A stretch of DNA of 64,000 nt from a virus (taxonomy: Duplodnaviria; Caudoviricetes), in the IMG/VR virus record IMGVR_UViG_3300046739_000039, positions 32,001 through 96,000 of that record, one strand, 5' to 3'. Each line of letters begins with the position of its first letter. Position 1 is the stretch's first letter. Made by a program: the position numbers and the translations under genes. The notes below the pieces were generated by a model. It worked only from the letters and a program-made list of their open reading frames with translations. It had not been told where the DNA came from and searched no databases. Below, in pieces: positions 55,753 through 64,000 of this stretch.

Positions 55753-56454
55753 TTGAAGATTACACTCCTAGCCGCTACGACTTATTATGGCGGAGTGGAA
55801 TCTGTCAAGGATACAGACTGGCATGAGTTCGATTCGCACTCTTATGCTGTGAGTGACGCAGACCGCCTGGCACATTTTGCCGGGCGGTCTTGCTATCAGT
55901 CGTGGCATATGCCTAATCCTGACACTTCCACTGACGTAGGGTATATGGCCAATATTATCGAACAAGGCCATTTCTCAGTAATAGAACACGCTAGTGCTAC
56001 CTTCTATGTTGAAGGTGTCAGCCGCAATATGACTCATGAGTTGATTCGGCACCGACACCTGAGCTATAGTGAGCTGTCACAGCGTTTTGTGAATATGGAA
56101 GATAGCCACCTTATCGTTCCTCCAGCCATGCGTGAACAAGGTGGTCCCGATTCTCTGCCCTTGACCATGGAGAGCGGCTGGTCTAAGTTATACCCTGCGG
56201 TTGTAAAGCATCTACTTGATAAGGGTAAGACCCGCAAGCAGGCTAGAGAAGCTGCTAGGTTCTACTTGCCAAGCGGCACTGAAACGCGTATTGTCGTTAC
56301 TGGAAACCACAGAGCATGGCGTGATATGCTCCACAAGCGCTACAGTGTCCACGCGGATGCAGAGATCAGGGAGTTTGCGACGCTAGTTCTTGCGGAACTA
56401 CGCAAGATTGCTCCCGCCTCATATCAGGATTTTCCAGAAACACCTTTTAATTAG
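55753..56454 (+). CDS. thyX: FAD-dependent thymidylate synthase
   Basis: AGR.CY.S, GH.SV.EH, RHRHLSYSELSQR, EAAR..LP and EIR. Confidence 0.96.
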   Translation: MKITLLAATTYYGGVESVKDTDWHEFDSHSYAVSDADRLAHFAGRSCYQSWHMPNPDTSTDVGYMANIIEQGHFSVIEHASATFYVEGVSRNMTHELIRHRHLSYSELSQRFVNMEDSHLIVPPAMREQGGPDSLPLTMESGWSKLYPAVVKHLLDKGKTRKQAREAARFYLPSGTETRIVVTGNHRAWRDMLHKRYSVHADAEIREFATLVLAELRKIAPASYQDFPETPFN

Positions 56455-56462
56455 GAGATTCA

Positions 56463-56825
56463 TTGATTCCCGAACTGCCAAAACTTAAGTACGAAGTTTC
56501 TTATGCCGTCGAGTGCCGTGAGCTTGATAAGTTCGTGGCTATTTACCTTGAACCCTACGGTCTAACGTGGCGGGCACTTGACACAGGTTACGACGGGTAC
56601 CACAATGATAGTTACGTAAGCGCAAAAGTTGAAGTTGGTCTTACGATTGAGGATGATCTTGACCAGGACTTTGATCGCTGGCTTCAAGGAGAGTACTTCT
56701 ATGCTCCTGAAGATGGCGACATTCGTTACTGGGACAAGAACCCTGGAATTCAGCATATTCTGCAATGGCTGTGCAATATGGCCGTAATCCCCGAAGGAAG
56801 GTATGTGGTGGAACTCTGGTGGTAA
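56463..56825 (+). CDS. Hypothetical protein
   Basis: RBS AGGAG; IPEG.Y....WW ending. Confidence 0.7.
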   Translation: MIPELPKLKYEVSYAVECRELDKFVAIYLEPYGLTWRALDTGYDGYHNDSYVSAKVEVGLTIEDDLDQDFDRWLQGEYFYAPEDGDIRYWDKNPGIQHILQWLCNMAVIPEGRYVVELWW

Positions 56826-57046
56826 CTGAATTCTGGACAGTACGAGACTTTATTGAAGCTCTACAGGAGTTTCCTTCCGATACGCCAGTGATTCTCTCCA
56901 CTGATGCAGAGGGGAATGAACTTCGCATGGTAAACGGTGTAGGAATGCGCTACGTTGCAGAACTTCAGCATCGCTTCATGGACGGTATTCATGAAGACGA
57001 TCTAGAAGATTACGATACTTGGGTACTAACAACGGAGGTTTGGTAA
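56819..57046 (+). CDS. Hypothetical protein
   Basis: TV..FIEALQ.FP.D..V....D.EGN motif. Confidence 0.65.
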   Translation: MVTEFWTVRDFIEALQEFPSDTPVILSTDAEGNELRMVNGVGMRYVAELQHRFMDGIHEDDLEDYDTWVLTTEVW

Positions 57047-57252
57047 TGGCTTTGCCAGAAACGTACTATGCTGTTCATACTGTAGATGGGTCTCTTCCGG
57101 AGTCATCTGAGTGGTATAGCGATATTGACACCGCTAAGCGGGATGCTGTAGAAATGGCGGAGGATGACGCGCATGAGCCGTACGCGGTCTCTGAGGTCAT
57201 GGTTCGACCGTTGTACCGTACTGAACTCACTGTCACGCTGGAAAAGCTGTAA
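57046..57252 (+). CDS. Hypothetical protein
   Basis: TAATG coupling; RBS GGAGG. Confidence 0.65.
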   Translation: MALPETYYAVHTVDGSLPESSEWYSDIDTAKRDAVEMAEDDAHEPYAVSEVMVRPLYRTELTVTLEKL

Positions 57253-57263
57253 GGAGCTTATTA

Positions 57264-57470
57264 ATGGAAATGAAGACTGAGGCTGGTCCGGTTACCTGGA
57301 TGAAGGCTAAGTACTCTTGTCCTAAGACCCGTGGTCGTTACGCTGGTGGAGCCCACAATGGTCCGCCTAAGAAGCGTAAGAAGACAGGTAGCAAGATCAA
57401 GCCGACTCAGAAGCGCGTGATGATTCTTCAGGCCAGTGGCAAGGTTGCGTGGGACTGGCAGAGCGTGTAA
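57264..57470 (+). CDS. Small basic hypothetical protein
   Basis: RBS AAGGAG; Lys/Arg-rich. Confidence 0.65.
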   Translation: MEMKTEAGPVTWMKAKYSCPKTRGRYAGGAHNGPPKKRKKTGSKIKPTQKRVMILQASGKVAWDWQSV

Positions 57471-57511
57471 GGTAGTACCTACCAACACAGACCAACGAGG
57501 GGAACAAGACA

Positions 57512-57742
57512 GTGGGACTCTGGAAGAACCGCGAGGACAAGCCCGCTACGACAGGTGATGCGAAGCACGCTAAGCCTAATGACAAGGTAAAGCCTCTTCC
57601 GATCTCTAAGGAAGAGCAGCTTAAGCGGGATGTCGAGCTTATTGACAACGCTTACAAAAAGGGCGAGAACGTCACTCACCCCGGTATTCAGGCGAATGAA
57701 AACCTAAAGGGTACTGGTAAGCGCAAGAAGCCGAAGAAGTAA
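57512..57742 (+). CDS. Small basic hypothetical protein
   Basis: RBS GAGGGG; Lys-rich; followed by a terminator. Confidence 0.65.
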   Translation: MGLWKNREDKPATTGDAKHAKPNDKVKPLPISKEEQLKRDVELIDNAYKKGENVTHPGIQANENLKGTGKRKKPKK

Positions 57743-57750
57743 AACAAACT

Positions 57751-57786
57751 AAAGGGCCCTCATCTAACAAGGTGGGGGCCCTTTCT
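57751..57786 (+). terminator. Rho-independent terminator
   Basis: AAAGGGCCCTCATCT / AGGTGGGGGCCCTTT stem followed by CT. Confidence 0.75.
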
Positions 57787-57800
57787 AGGTAGGAGAATAA

Positions 57801-58022
57801 ATGTTGCATTCAGTAAACGTCGACCACGATCAAGACGTATTCGTATTCTGGCTCGATGGTAAGACAGGTATTACTATGAAGATGACTCCTGAGGAAGCCA
57901 TTCAGATTGGTGAAATTGGGGAAATGGCAAAGCTCCGTAAACTGGCTGCTAAATACGTAGAGGAAGAATATGATTCACGTAGTATTGACGGGATCGCGGG
58001 ATTGGCCGATTCAGAAAGCTAA
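57801..58022 (+). CDS. Hypothetical protein
   Basis: RBS AGGAG. Confidence 0.6.
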   Translation: MLHSVNVDHDQDVFVFWLDGKTGITMKMTPEEAIQIGEIGEMAKLRKLAAKYVEEEYDSRSIDGIAGLADSES

Positions 58023-58362
58023 TCTGATCTGGGAAGCACTTGAGCGTATATACGAGGAAATCAATTGGGGTTTTAGCGTAAAGCAGCGAGTCACGTTCCA
58101 TCAAGGTGAGTGTCCTTATGGTGGAGCAGACCTGATCGGCGCTTCATGGGCACACGGAGCAGGTTGGACAGTACTTCCTCACCCACCCATCAAACAGGCT
58201 GCATGGGCGTACGCCAAGCGCAATCAGGAGATGATTGACCTGAACCCTGACTACGTGGTAGCCTGCTTCCTAGAAGGCGCGGGTAACCGTGGAACGCAGA
58301 TGACATTCGACATGGCCGTAACGGCTGGACTAGAGGATAGGATTAGGGTGGTACGAGGATGA
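57970..58362 (+). CDS. SLOG-superfamily (YspA/DUF2493-like) protein
   Basis: VLTGSRDW, G.CP.GGAD, RNQEMI and F.....RGT. Confidence 0.85.
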   Translation: MIHVVLTGSRDWPIQKANLIWEALERIYEEINWGFSVKQRVTFHQGECPYGGADLIGASWAHGAGWTVLPHPPIKQAAWAYAKRNQEMIDLNPDYVVACFLEGAGNRGTQMTFDMAVTAGLEDRIRVVRG

Positions 58363-58613
58363 CTATTACCGATCGAATTAACGCGGCACTGGTTAAGTTC
58401 CTGAAGGCACAGTTCGCTATTACGGCGGTAACAGCTAAGCTTGACGAGTCGATTATGGACACGGATGGCTGTAGCTGTTGCCACTCAGCCTCGCTGTCTT
58501 TCGATATCGCGTACAAGACTTCTGCCACTCAGAAGGGCTGGCAGTTCCAGGGAGTTTCTGGAGACGTCATTGAGTTTCTTCCTCAGCTTGACGAGTACGA
58601 TACGGAAGACTAA
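58359..58613 (+). CDS. Hypothetical protein
   Basis: ATGA overlap; GCSCC motif. Confidence 0.6.
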   Translation: MTITDRINAALVKFLKAQFAITAVTAKLDESIMDTDGCSCCHSASLSFDIAYKTSATQKGWQFQGVSGDVIEFLPQLDEYDTED

Positions 58614-58717
58614 TGTTACTTTGTAGATGTATGCAGGCACATGCGGTCATCAAATGGTGGCCGTACTGTTCTGAAGTCTGCTGGAATTTCTGGAATAAAA
58701 CGAAAGGCAGGAAATGA
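58613..58717 (+). CDS. YacG/TRASH-like zinc microprotein (34 aa, not in ORF track)
   Basis: MLLCRCMQAHAVIKWWPYCSEVCWNFWNKTKGRK; coupled on both sides (TAATG, ATGA). Confidence 0.55.
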   Translation: MLLCRCMQAHAVIKWWPYCSEVCWNFWNKTKGRK

Positions 58718-58989
58718 CGCGAGTTGTATACGCGCAGGAGTGGGAAGAGTCAGAGCTTGGCTGGGGAACCAGCCATGATGGTTATAGTCTGCATCCGTCC
58801 CCTGATGTGGCTCTGGAGTACATTCAGGCTCACTGGGATAAGCAGCCTAAGGGTTATGTACCGGAGTTTTACTCCCGTAACGTGGGCGTTCCCAAGCCTG
58901 TAGAAGTCAGCGACGAATTGGCAGAGAAGGTTCTCAGCGCTGAGAACCAGACAGTGAGACACTACGGTAGGAAGCCAAGTGACATCTGA
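58714..58989 (+). CDS. Hypothetical protein
   Basis: WEESE.GWG...DGYSLH...P..YSR family motif. Confidence 0.75.
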   Translation: MTRVVYAQEWEESELGWGTSHDGYSLHPSPDVALEYIQAHWDKQPKGYVPEFYSRNVGVPKPVEVSDELAEKVLSAENQTVRHYGRKPSDI

Positions 58990-59476
58990 TTTAGGACCAC
59001 TCAAGCCCGAGGCTCTGTTTATAGGAATCGATCAGTCCTATACAGGCTTCGGGCTTGTAGTGTTAGACGATAAGGGCCATTGCCATCAGAAAAGCCTATT
59101 GAAATACCCTTTGAACAAATTCAAGGATGAAGGAGCAAGACTCGTAAAGATATACGATGACTTGATTACTTTCTTTGCCATTCATGGTAATTCAGGGGCT
59201 GAGATACACATAGGAATGGAGGGCTATGCATATGGAGCCAAGCTCAACAGGGAAAAGCTCGGAGAACTCGGAGGAGTCGTTAAACTCGTCTCAAATCTCG
59301 TGCTTGGACGTACCCCTGACATTATTGCTCCAACTGCTCTCAAAAGCTTCGTGGCAGGATCAGGAAAAGCTAGCAAGGAAGATATGGTCTCAGCAGTCCA
59401 GCAATTAGATCCTGAGATTACAGACCATAATCTAGCTGATGCCTACGGAATAGCCTTCATGCTATACTCAAGTTAG
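58979..59476 (+). CDS. ruvC: RuvC-like resolvase
   Basis: IGIDQS, MEGYA, ELGGVVK, P..LK.F..G.G.A.K and ADAY. Confidence 0.88.
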   Translation: MTSDLGPLKPEALFIGIDQSYTGFGLVVLDDKGHCHQKSLLKYPLNKFKDEGARLVKIYDDLITFFAIHGNSGAEIHIGMEGYAYGAKLNREKLGELGGVVKLVSNLVLGRTPDIIAPTALKSFVAGSGKASKEDMVSAVQQLDPEITDHNLADAYGIAFMLYSS

Positions 59477-59503
59477 CAACTCCTCCTTTGCTATCTCCCT
59501 TAT

Positions 59504-59544
59504 AAGAGACCTATACCTGATTATTGGGTATAGGTCTCTTTTTT
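59504..59544 (+). terminator. Rho-independent terminator
   Basis: AAGAGACCTATACC / GGTATAGGTCTCTT followed by TTTT. Confidence 0.9.
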
Positions 59545-59591
59545 ATCTGTATAATCAGTAGGAGACATGAACTACAAACCTGGAGAAAAAT

Positions 59592-59876
59592 ATGGTAGAC
59601 AACTTGAACCCTAATGAGGTTCTTCTGAAAGTGAAGTCCGCATCTTCCGCCGCATCCCTTGCAGCAGCTATTGCTAATAATGTCTATGCCAATAAGGATA
59701 TTACTCTTCGCGCTATTGGAGCAGCAGCGGTAAATCAGTCAATGAAGGCTGTAGCTATTGCCCAATCCTATGTTGGTCCCAGAGGGTATGTATTATCCTG
59801 CCGTCCCGGTTTCGCCACTGTGACTATGGATGACGGAGAGATTAGCGCGCTCATTTTCAAAATAATCGTTTCGTAA
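59592..59876 (+). CDS. spoVS: SpoVS (stage V sporulation protein S)-family protein
   Basis: LKV...S....LA.AIA...AIGA.AVNQ..KAVAIA..Y....G..L...P.F......EISA..F. Confidence 0.9.
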   Translation: MVDNLNPNEVLLKVKSASSAASLAAAIANNVYANKDITLRAIGAAAVNQSMKAVAIAQSYVGPRGYVLSCRPGFATVTMDDGEISALIFKIIVS

Positions 59877-59894
59877 GCAAAGGGAGAGTCCCGA

Positions 59895-60134
59895 ATGCCA
59901 GCACAATCAGTGGACAACAGTAGTCCACAATCCAGATCTGCTGAGTTCTCCTCAGGAGCAACGGGCCTGACAGGGCAGGGCTCAACTCGCGTTGTTCAGC
60001 AGATGCATCCTGATCAGCTATCGTCAACACCTTACAAGCCCACTTCCGTACTCTCACCTCTTGGTGGCAGTGGAATTGGGCAGAGTGCCGCTACTTATCA
60101 GCAAAACCGCGCCCTGAGTTTTTATCGTTCTTAA
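59895..60134 (+). CDS. Low-complexity hypothetical protein
   Basis: S/Q/G-rich; RBS GGGAG. Confidence 0.6.
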   Translation: MPAQSVDNSSPQSRSAEFSSGATGLTGQGSTRVVQQMHPDQLSSTPYKPTSVLSPLGGSGIGQSAATYQQNRALSFYRS

Positions 60135-60146
60135 TAAGGAGAAGTT

Positions 60147-60467
60147 ATGTCCGAAGAAATTGGCACAGGAAGTCGCCCTACAATGGGGACTGAAGCCGCC
60201 AACCTGTCACGTGTCGGCAAGGCCGAGCGTGGACGTTTGCGCCCCAAGGGTGGAGCGGGTAAGAATGGCAACGCCCTTCAAGGGCCTACAGGGCACCGTA
60301 AGGCGTCCTTTGAGAAGATGGGGGCAACCCTGCACCCTACCGCTACGCTGTACGCTCAGAACGCCGCTGAGGCGAGTGAGATTTGCAAGAGAGTCGTTAT
60401 GATGCCGTCTCGCAACTCCTGGACAGATTCATTCCGTGCAAAGGCTAAGTACGGTCGTACTATGTAA
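60147..60467 (+). CDS. Basic, Gly-rich hypothetical protein
   Basis: RBS AAGGAG. Confidence 0.7.
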   Translation: MSEEIGTGSRPTMGTEAANLSRVGKAERGRLRPKGGAGKNGNALQGPTGHRKASFEKMGATLHPTATLYAQNAAEASEICKRVVMMPSRNSWTDSFRAKAKYGRTM

Positions 60468-60482
60468 GAAAGGCAATCGCCA

Positions 60483-60863
60483 ATGACATTAAATAAGCAC
60501 CCAGCTAACATCGCCAGATTTGAAAAAGAGTCGTGGGTAGATAAGTTACCCGATGCCTTAACGGATGCCATTGGCAAATTGTCTTTTATATCATGGGCTT
60601 CCGTGGTGGTGGTATTCTGGATTTTCTGGAATACACTTATGCCGCATGGTATGCGATTTGATCCATTCCCCTTTGTATTCTTGAATCTAGCGTTCAGTGC
60701 TTTTGCGTTCTATAGTGCGCCACTGATTCTTATGAGTCAGAATAGACAGAGCGAGCATGACCGCACCAGAGCAGAGGAGGACTTGAAGACCGATAAGCGC
60801 ACATTGGCCATTCAAGAACGAATCGCTTCACATCTGGCTATTGATGTAGCCGATATAGAATAG
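60483..60863 (+). CDS. DUF1003-family membrane protein
   Basis: FDPFPFVFLNL.FS..A...APLILMSQNRQ. Confidence 0.9.
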   Translation: MTLNKHPANIARFEKESWVDKLPDALTDAIGKLSFISWASVVVVFWIFWNTLMPHGMRFDPFPFVFLNLAFSAFAFYSAPLILMSQNRQSEHDRTRAEEDLKTDKRTLAIQERIASHLAIDVADIE

Positions 60864-60870
60864 AGGAATT

Positions 60871-61434
60871 ATGCCTAGTTCAGTTGCCGGTTTGAATAAC
60901 GTCAGCTACAATCCACCTGTAGGACAGCAAGGTTCTGTCACGCAGTATGGTGGAGGCGGAGGAATGCCTATCTCTGGCTTCCGTTCTATCCTTGATGCTA
61001 AGCTAGCCGCAGCTACAGGCAAGACTCCAGAAGCACAATATCCTGATGGTTACCTAGGTTCCGTTGTAGACAGACGTCAGGATAAGCTTCTACAAACTGT
61101 TCGAAACAATGCCCGTAGCTATACCCGAGGAGTACACAAGGGTTCACGAGTATCACCTAACGATTACTTCTGGCCCGATGACTTTACTCCCTATTCTTCA
61201 TTAGAACGAAGAATGGCAGGAGATAAGAAGAAGTATTCTGCTTCTGGTAGTCCTATCGAGCGCCTAGCGCATGGTGGTAAATACCTGACAAATGAGGAAG
61301 CAAAGCAATTTGCTCAAGAATTGAATATTGCTGTAGATCCTCAGATGAAGGTGGTTACTCCAGAGGTAAGAGCCTTCCACGCTAAGTTCAATCTTCCAGG
61401 ATGGTCCGCCACATCCAATGGAATGAGCGTGTAA
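60871..61434 (+). CDS. Hypothetical protein (possible virion-internal)
   Basis: P.A.YPDGYLG....R..D....Y.RGVHKG motif. Confidence 0.7.
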   Translation: MPSSVAGLNNVSYNPPVGQQGSVTQYGGGGGMPISGFRSILDAKLAAATGKTPEAQYPDGYLGSVVDRRQDKLLQTVRNNARSYTRGVHKGSRVSPNDYFWPDDFTPYSSLERRMAGDKKKYSASGSPIERLAHGGKYLTNEEAKQFAQELNIAVDPQMKVVTPEVRAFHAKFNLPGWSATSNGMSV

Positions 61435-61763
61435 TGGAAAGACAGAACAGTAATTACAACCCTGATAAACGAGAACAGGGTACTAACTCAATATATAACT
61501 GGACTCGTCCTTTCCAATCTATGCAGGAACAGCTTGTCCAGCAGCAACTATTAGATAATGCTACCGCTGAGGCTGCTAACCGAAGACCACCAATTCCTAA
61601 TATCGGATTAATACCTGACCGCTTTGGTTACGATAGAACTCCCCCAGGAATTGCTGACATTCTTACAGTGGATGAATCCTTCTCTGCTAACTTTGGTGAT
61701 TTCTCTGGAACAGAGTCAGGCTATGGTGGTACATCATATCCTCAGAATCCATCTCTTCCTTAA
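61434..61763 (+). CDS. Hypothetical protein
   Basis: TAATG coupling; Q/N/P-rich. Confidence 0.65.
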   Translation: MERQNSNYNPDKREQGTNSIYNWTRPFQSMQEQLVQQQLLDNATAEAANRRPPIPNIGLIPDRFGYDRTPPGIADILTVDESFSANFGDFSGTESGYGGTSYPQNPSLP

Positions 61764-61772
61764 GGAACACTT

Positions 61773-61961
61773 ATGGCAGCACCTATAAAGAAGGCGGCAG
61801 CAAAGAAGACTGCTGCGCCAAGACGTGCCACAGATAAAAGAACTGTTGGCTCTGCGAAGAATCCAAAGACAGTTACAGCACCTTCAGCAGCAGCCTATAA
61901 GGCTCCCAAGGTTACGAAAGTAGTCAAGGGCAAGGCTGGACGTCCGAAGAAAGTGAGTTAA
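61773..61961 (+). CDS. Histone-like K/A/P-rich small protein
   Basis: KKAAAKKTAAP and an AT-hook-like GRPKK. Confidence 0.7.
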   Translation: MAAPIKKAAAKKTAAPRRATDKRTVGSAKNPKTVTAPSAAAYKAPKVTKVVKGKAGRPKKVS

Positions 61962-61962
61962 T

Positions 61963-62238
61963 ATGGCCTACCCACACCTAAGATCCATGAATTCTGCTCT
62001 TGTAGAGGGCGCAACTGATGGAAAGTATAAGAAGCAACGTCCAAATACCTCTGGTGGAGAGATGAACCAAGAGGTTACTAACACCACTCGCCAGTCTCTT
62101 AACCTCTTGTACTACGGTATTGGAGAGGCTAGAATGGTTGAGGTACCTGGACAGAACACCTACAAGCCTAACCCGTGCTACGCTCCTAACAAGTTCGAAA
62201 AGCTAGAGGATTCCGGCGTTCTAGGCCAGTCCTGGTAG
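61963..62238 (+). CDS. Hypothetical protein
   Basis: RSMN..L.EGATDGKYKK motif. Confidence 0.7.
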   Translation: MAYPHLRSMNSALVEGATDGKYKKQRPNTSGGEMNQEVTNTTRQSLNLLYYGIGEARMVEVPGQNTYKPNPCYAPNKFEKLEDSGVLGQSW

Positions 62239-62258
62239 TACAAGATCAGCACTGCACC

Positions 62259-62300
62259 ACAGCCCCTGAGTTGACAGAAGTCAGTCAGGGGCTGTAGTCT
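62259..62300 (+). promoter_or_regulatory. Promoter of the NlpC/P60-rpf operon embedded in a hairpin
   Basis: TTGACA(62271)-N18-TAGTCT; ACAGCCCCTGA / TCAGGGGCTGT arms. Confidence 0.72.
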
Positions 62301-62374
62301 TGAGCCTGTTGTTACGAGATCGGGACATTCCCGAGAACGAATAACAGTCCTTGTTGTCTATTGATTGGACCATC

Positions 62375-62824
62375 ATGTCCGGTATAGGAAAGCGTGCACT
62401 TGTTACAAGCACCGTGATCTCTGCGCTAGTTGGATCTGGCCTTGCGATTGCGCCAAGCGCTGAGGCTGCTACTTCTCTGAAGTCGCAAGCTTACAGCACT
62501 GCTACAGCCCAGAAGGGCGACTGGTACAAGTGGGGCGCAGCAGGCCCTTCACGATTTGACTGCTCTGGTTTGCTTTACTACTCTTTCCGTAAGCACGGGA
62601 AGAACGTTCCGCGCACAGCAGCAAGTCAGTACAATTACTCAAAGCACATCAGCAAGAGTAGTAGGACCAAGGGGGACCTTGTGTTCTTCTATGGAAGCGG
62701 TGGCATTTACCATGTTGGATTCTACGCCGGGAACGGTTACATCCTTCACGCCCCGCACACTGGAGCAAAGGTTCGGACTGAAAAGATCTGGACTTCCAGT
62801 GTGAAGTACGGTCGCATCGGATAA
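62375..62824 (+). CDS. Secreted NlpC/P60 peptidoglycan endopeptidase
   Basis: Sec signal ending AEA; Y.WG..GP..FDCSGL, PRTA..Q, GDLVFF, HVG.Y.G and HAP. Confidence 0.92.
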   Translation: MSGIGKRALVTSTVISALVGSGLAIAPSAEAATSLKSQAYSTATAQKGDWYKWGAAGPSRFDCSGLLYYSFRKHGKNVPRTAASQYNYSKHISKSSRTKGDLVFFYGSGGIYHVGFYAGNGYILHAPHTGAKVRTEKIWTSSVKYGRIG

Positions 62825-62839
62825 TTAACCTCAACCTAA

Positions 62840-63442
<603 letters not shown>

Positions 63443-63446
63443 GCTC

Positions 63447-63477
63447 AAGAGGAGATCCTTCGGGGTCTCCTCTTTTG
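63447..63477 (+). terminator. Rho-independent terminator
   Basis: AAGAGGAGATCC-TTCG-GGGTCTCCTCTT-TT. Confidence 0.9.
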
Positions 63478-63504
63478 CTGTCTAATCTGTGTTATACTAC
63501 TTTC

Positions 63505-63954
63505 ATGAATAGACAATGTGAGCTGCCTGATTGCTCTAAAAAATATTTAGCGTCAGGCTATTGTGGGATGCATTACCAGCGGTGGAAGAAATATGGTGAT
63601 CCGTACAAGACTATAGGCACAGCCCATGGTGAAGCCGAAGGTTGGACGGAACCAAAAGGCTATGTAGTTCTTCCTCCTAGATATGGCAAGAATCATCCTA
63701 ATAGAAAACATGATGGCAGAATATATGAGCATGTATACGTAATGTCTGCGCATCTTGGTAGAGCCCTTCTATCGCACGAGAACGTACACCACAAGAATGG
63801 TCAACGCGGAGATAATCGCATTGAGAACTTAGAACTGTGGTCTAGATCCCAGCCATCTGGTCAACGTGTACAAGATAAGTTACAATGGGCTGTAGAGCTT
63901 ATTGAGCAGTATAAAGATGAGTACCCTGAACTAATAAAAGGACTATTAAATTGA
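63505..63954 (+). CDS. HNH homing endonuclease
   Basis: N-terminal C...C...C..HY.R; EH..VM..HLGR.L...E.VHHKNG...DNR.ENLEL. Confidence 0.9.
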   Translation: MNRQCELPDCSKKYLASGYCGMHYQRWKKYGDPYKTIGTAHGEAEGWTEPKGYVVLPPRYGKNHPNRKHDGRIYEHVYVMSAHLGRALLSHENVHHKNGQRGDNRIENLELWSRSQPSGQRVQDKLQWAVELIEQYKDEYPELIKGLLN

Positions 63955-64000
63955 GCGATACATTCGACCCATACAAGGATAAATCTGTACATAAGACGGG

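Noticed and set aside
62301-62374. c-di-AMP (ydaO) riboswitch upstream of nlpC-rpf
   Set aside because: The leader is only about 70 nt and lacks the conserved ydaO sequence blocks; only a simple 5' hairpin is evident. An Rfam scan would settle it.

Overview
This window is 64 kb of a large lytic myovirus (contractile-tail) phage genome, almost entirely coding and on the + strand. The host is inferred to be actinobacterial, probably Streptomyces-like, from WhiB, Rpf-LysM, a Streptomyces-type secreted NlpC/P60 and TTGACA-N17/18-TAGAGT-type promoters. Gene order is reminiscent of Bxz1/BRock-like myoviruses; this is recognition, not a database result. About 1-28.7 kb is the virion module: portal, scaffold, major capsid, neck proteins, three fibre/spike proteins sharing an N-terminal anchor, sheath, tube, tail chaperone with a likely +1 frameshift, tape measure with NlpC/P60 and SLT domains, baseplate and CBM-bearing tail proteins. 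An AT-rich 37-bp palindrome with divergent promoters marks the boundary at 28.7-29.2 kb. About 29-59.5 kb holds replication, recombination and nucleotide genes (DnaC-like loader, DnaB, DnaG, SNF2 helicase, SSB, PolA, class II RNR, RecA, PNK, RNA ligase, resolvases, WhiB, Cas4-like nuclease, ThyX), interspersed with many small ORFs, including several zinc-finger microproteins too short for the ORF track. About 59.5-64 kb holds SpoVS, a cluster of low-complexity proteins and an HNH endonuclease. It also holds the most striking element: a self-contained two-gene operon for a secreted NlpC/P60 endopeptidase and a secreted resuscitation-promoting factor (Rpf-LysM), a candidate phage system for waking dormant hosts. 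No tRNA, rRNA, CRISPR array, integrase or terminase was recognised in the window.
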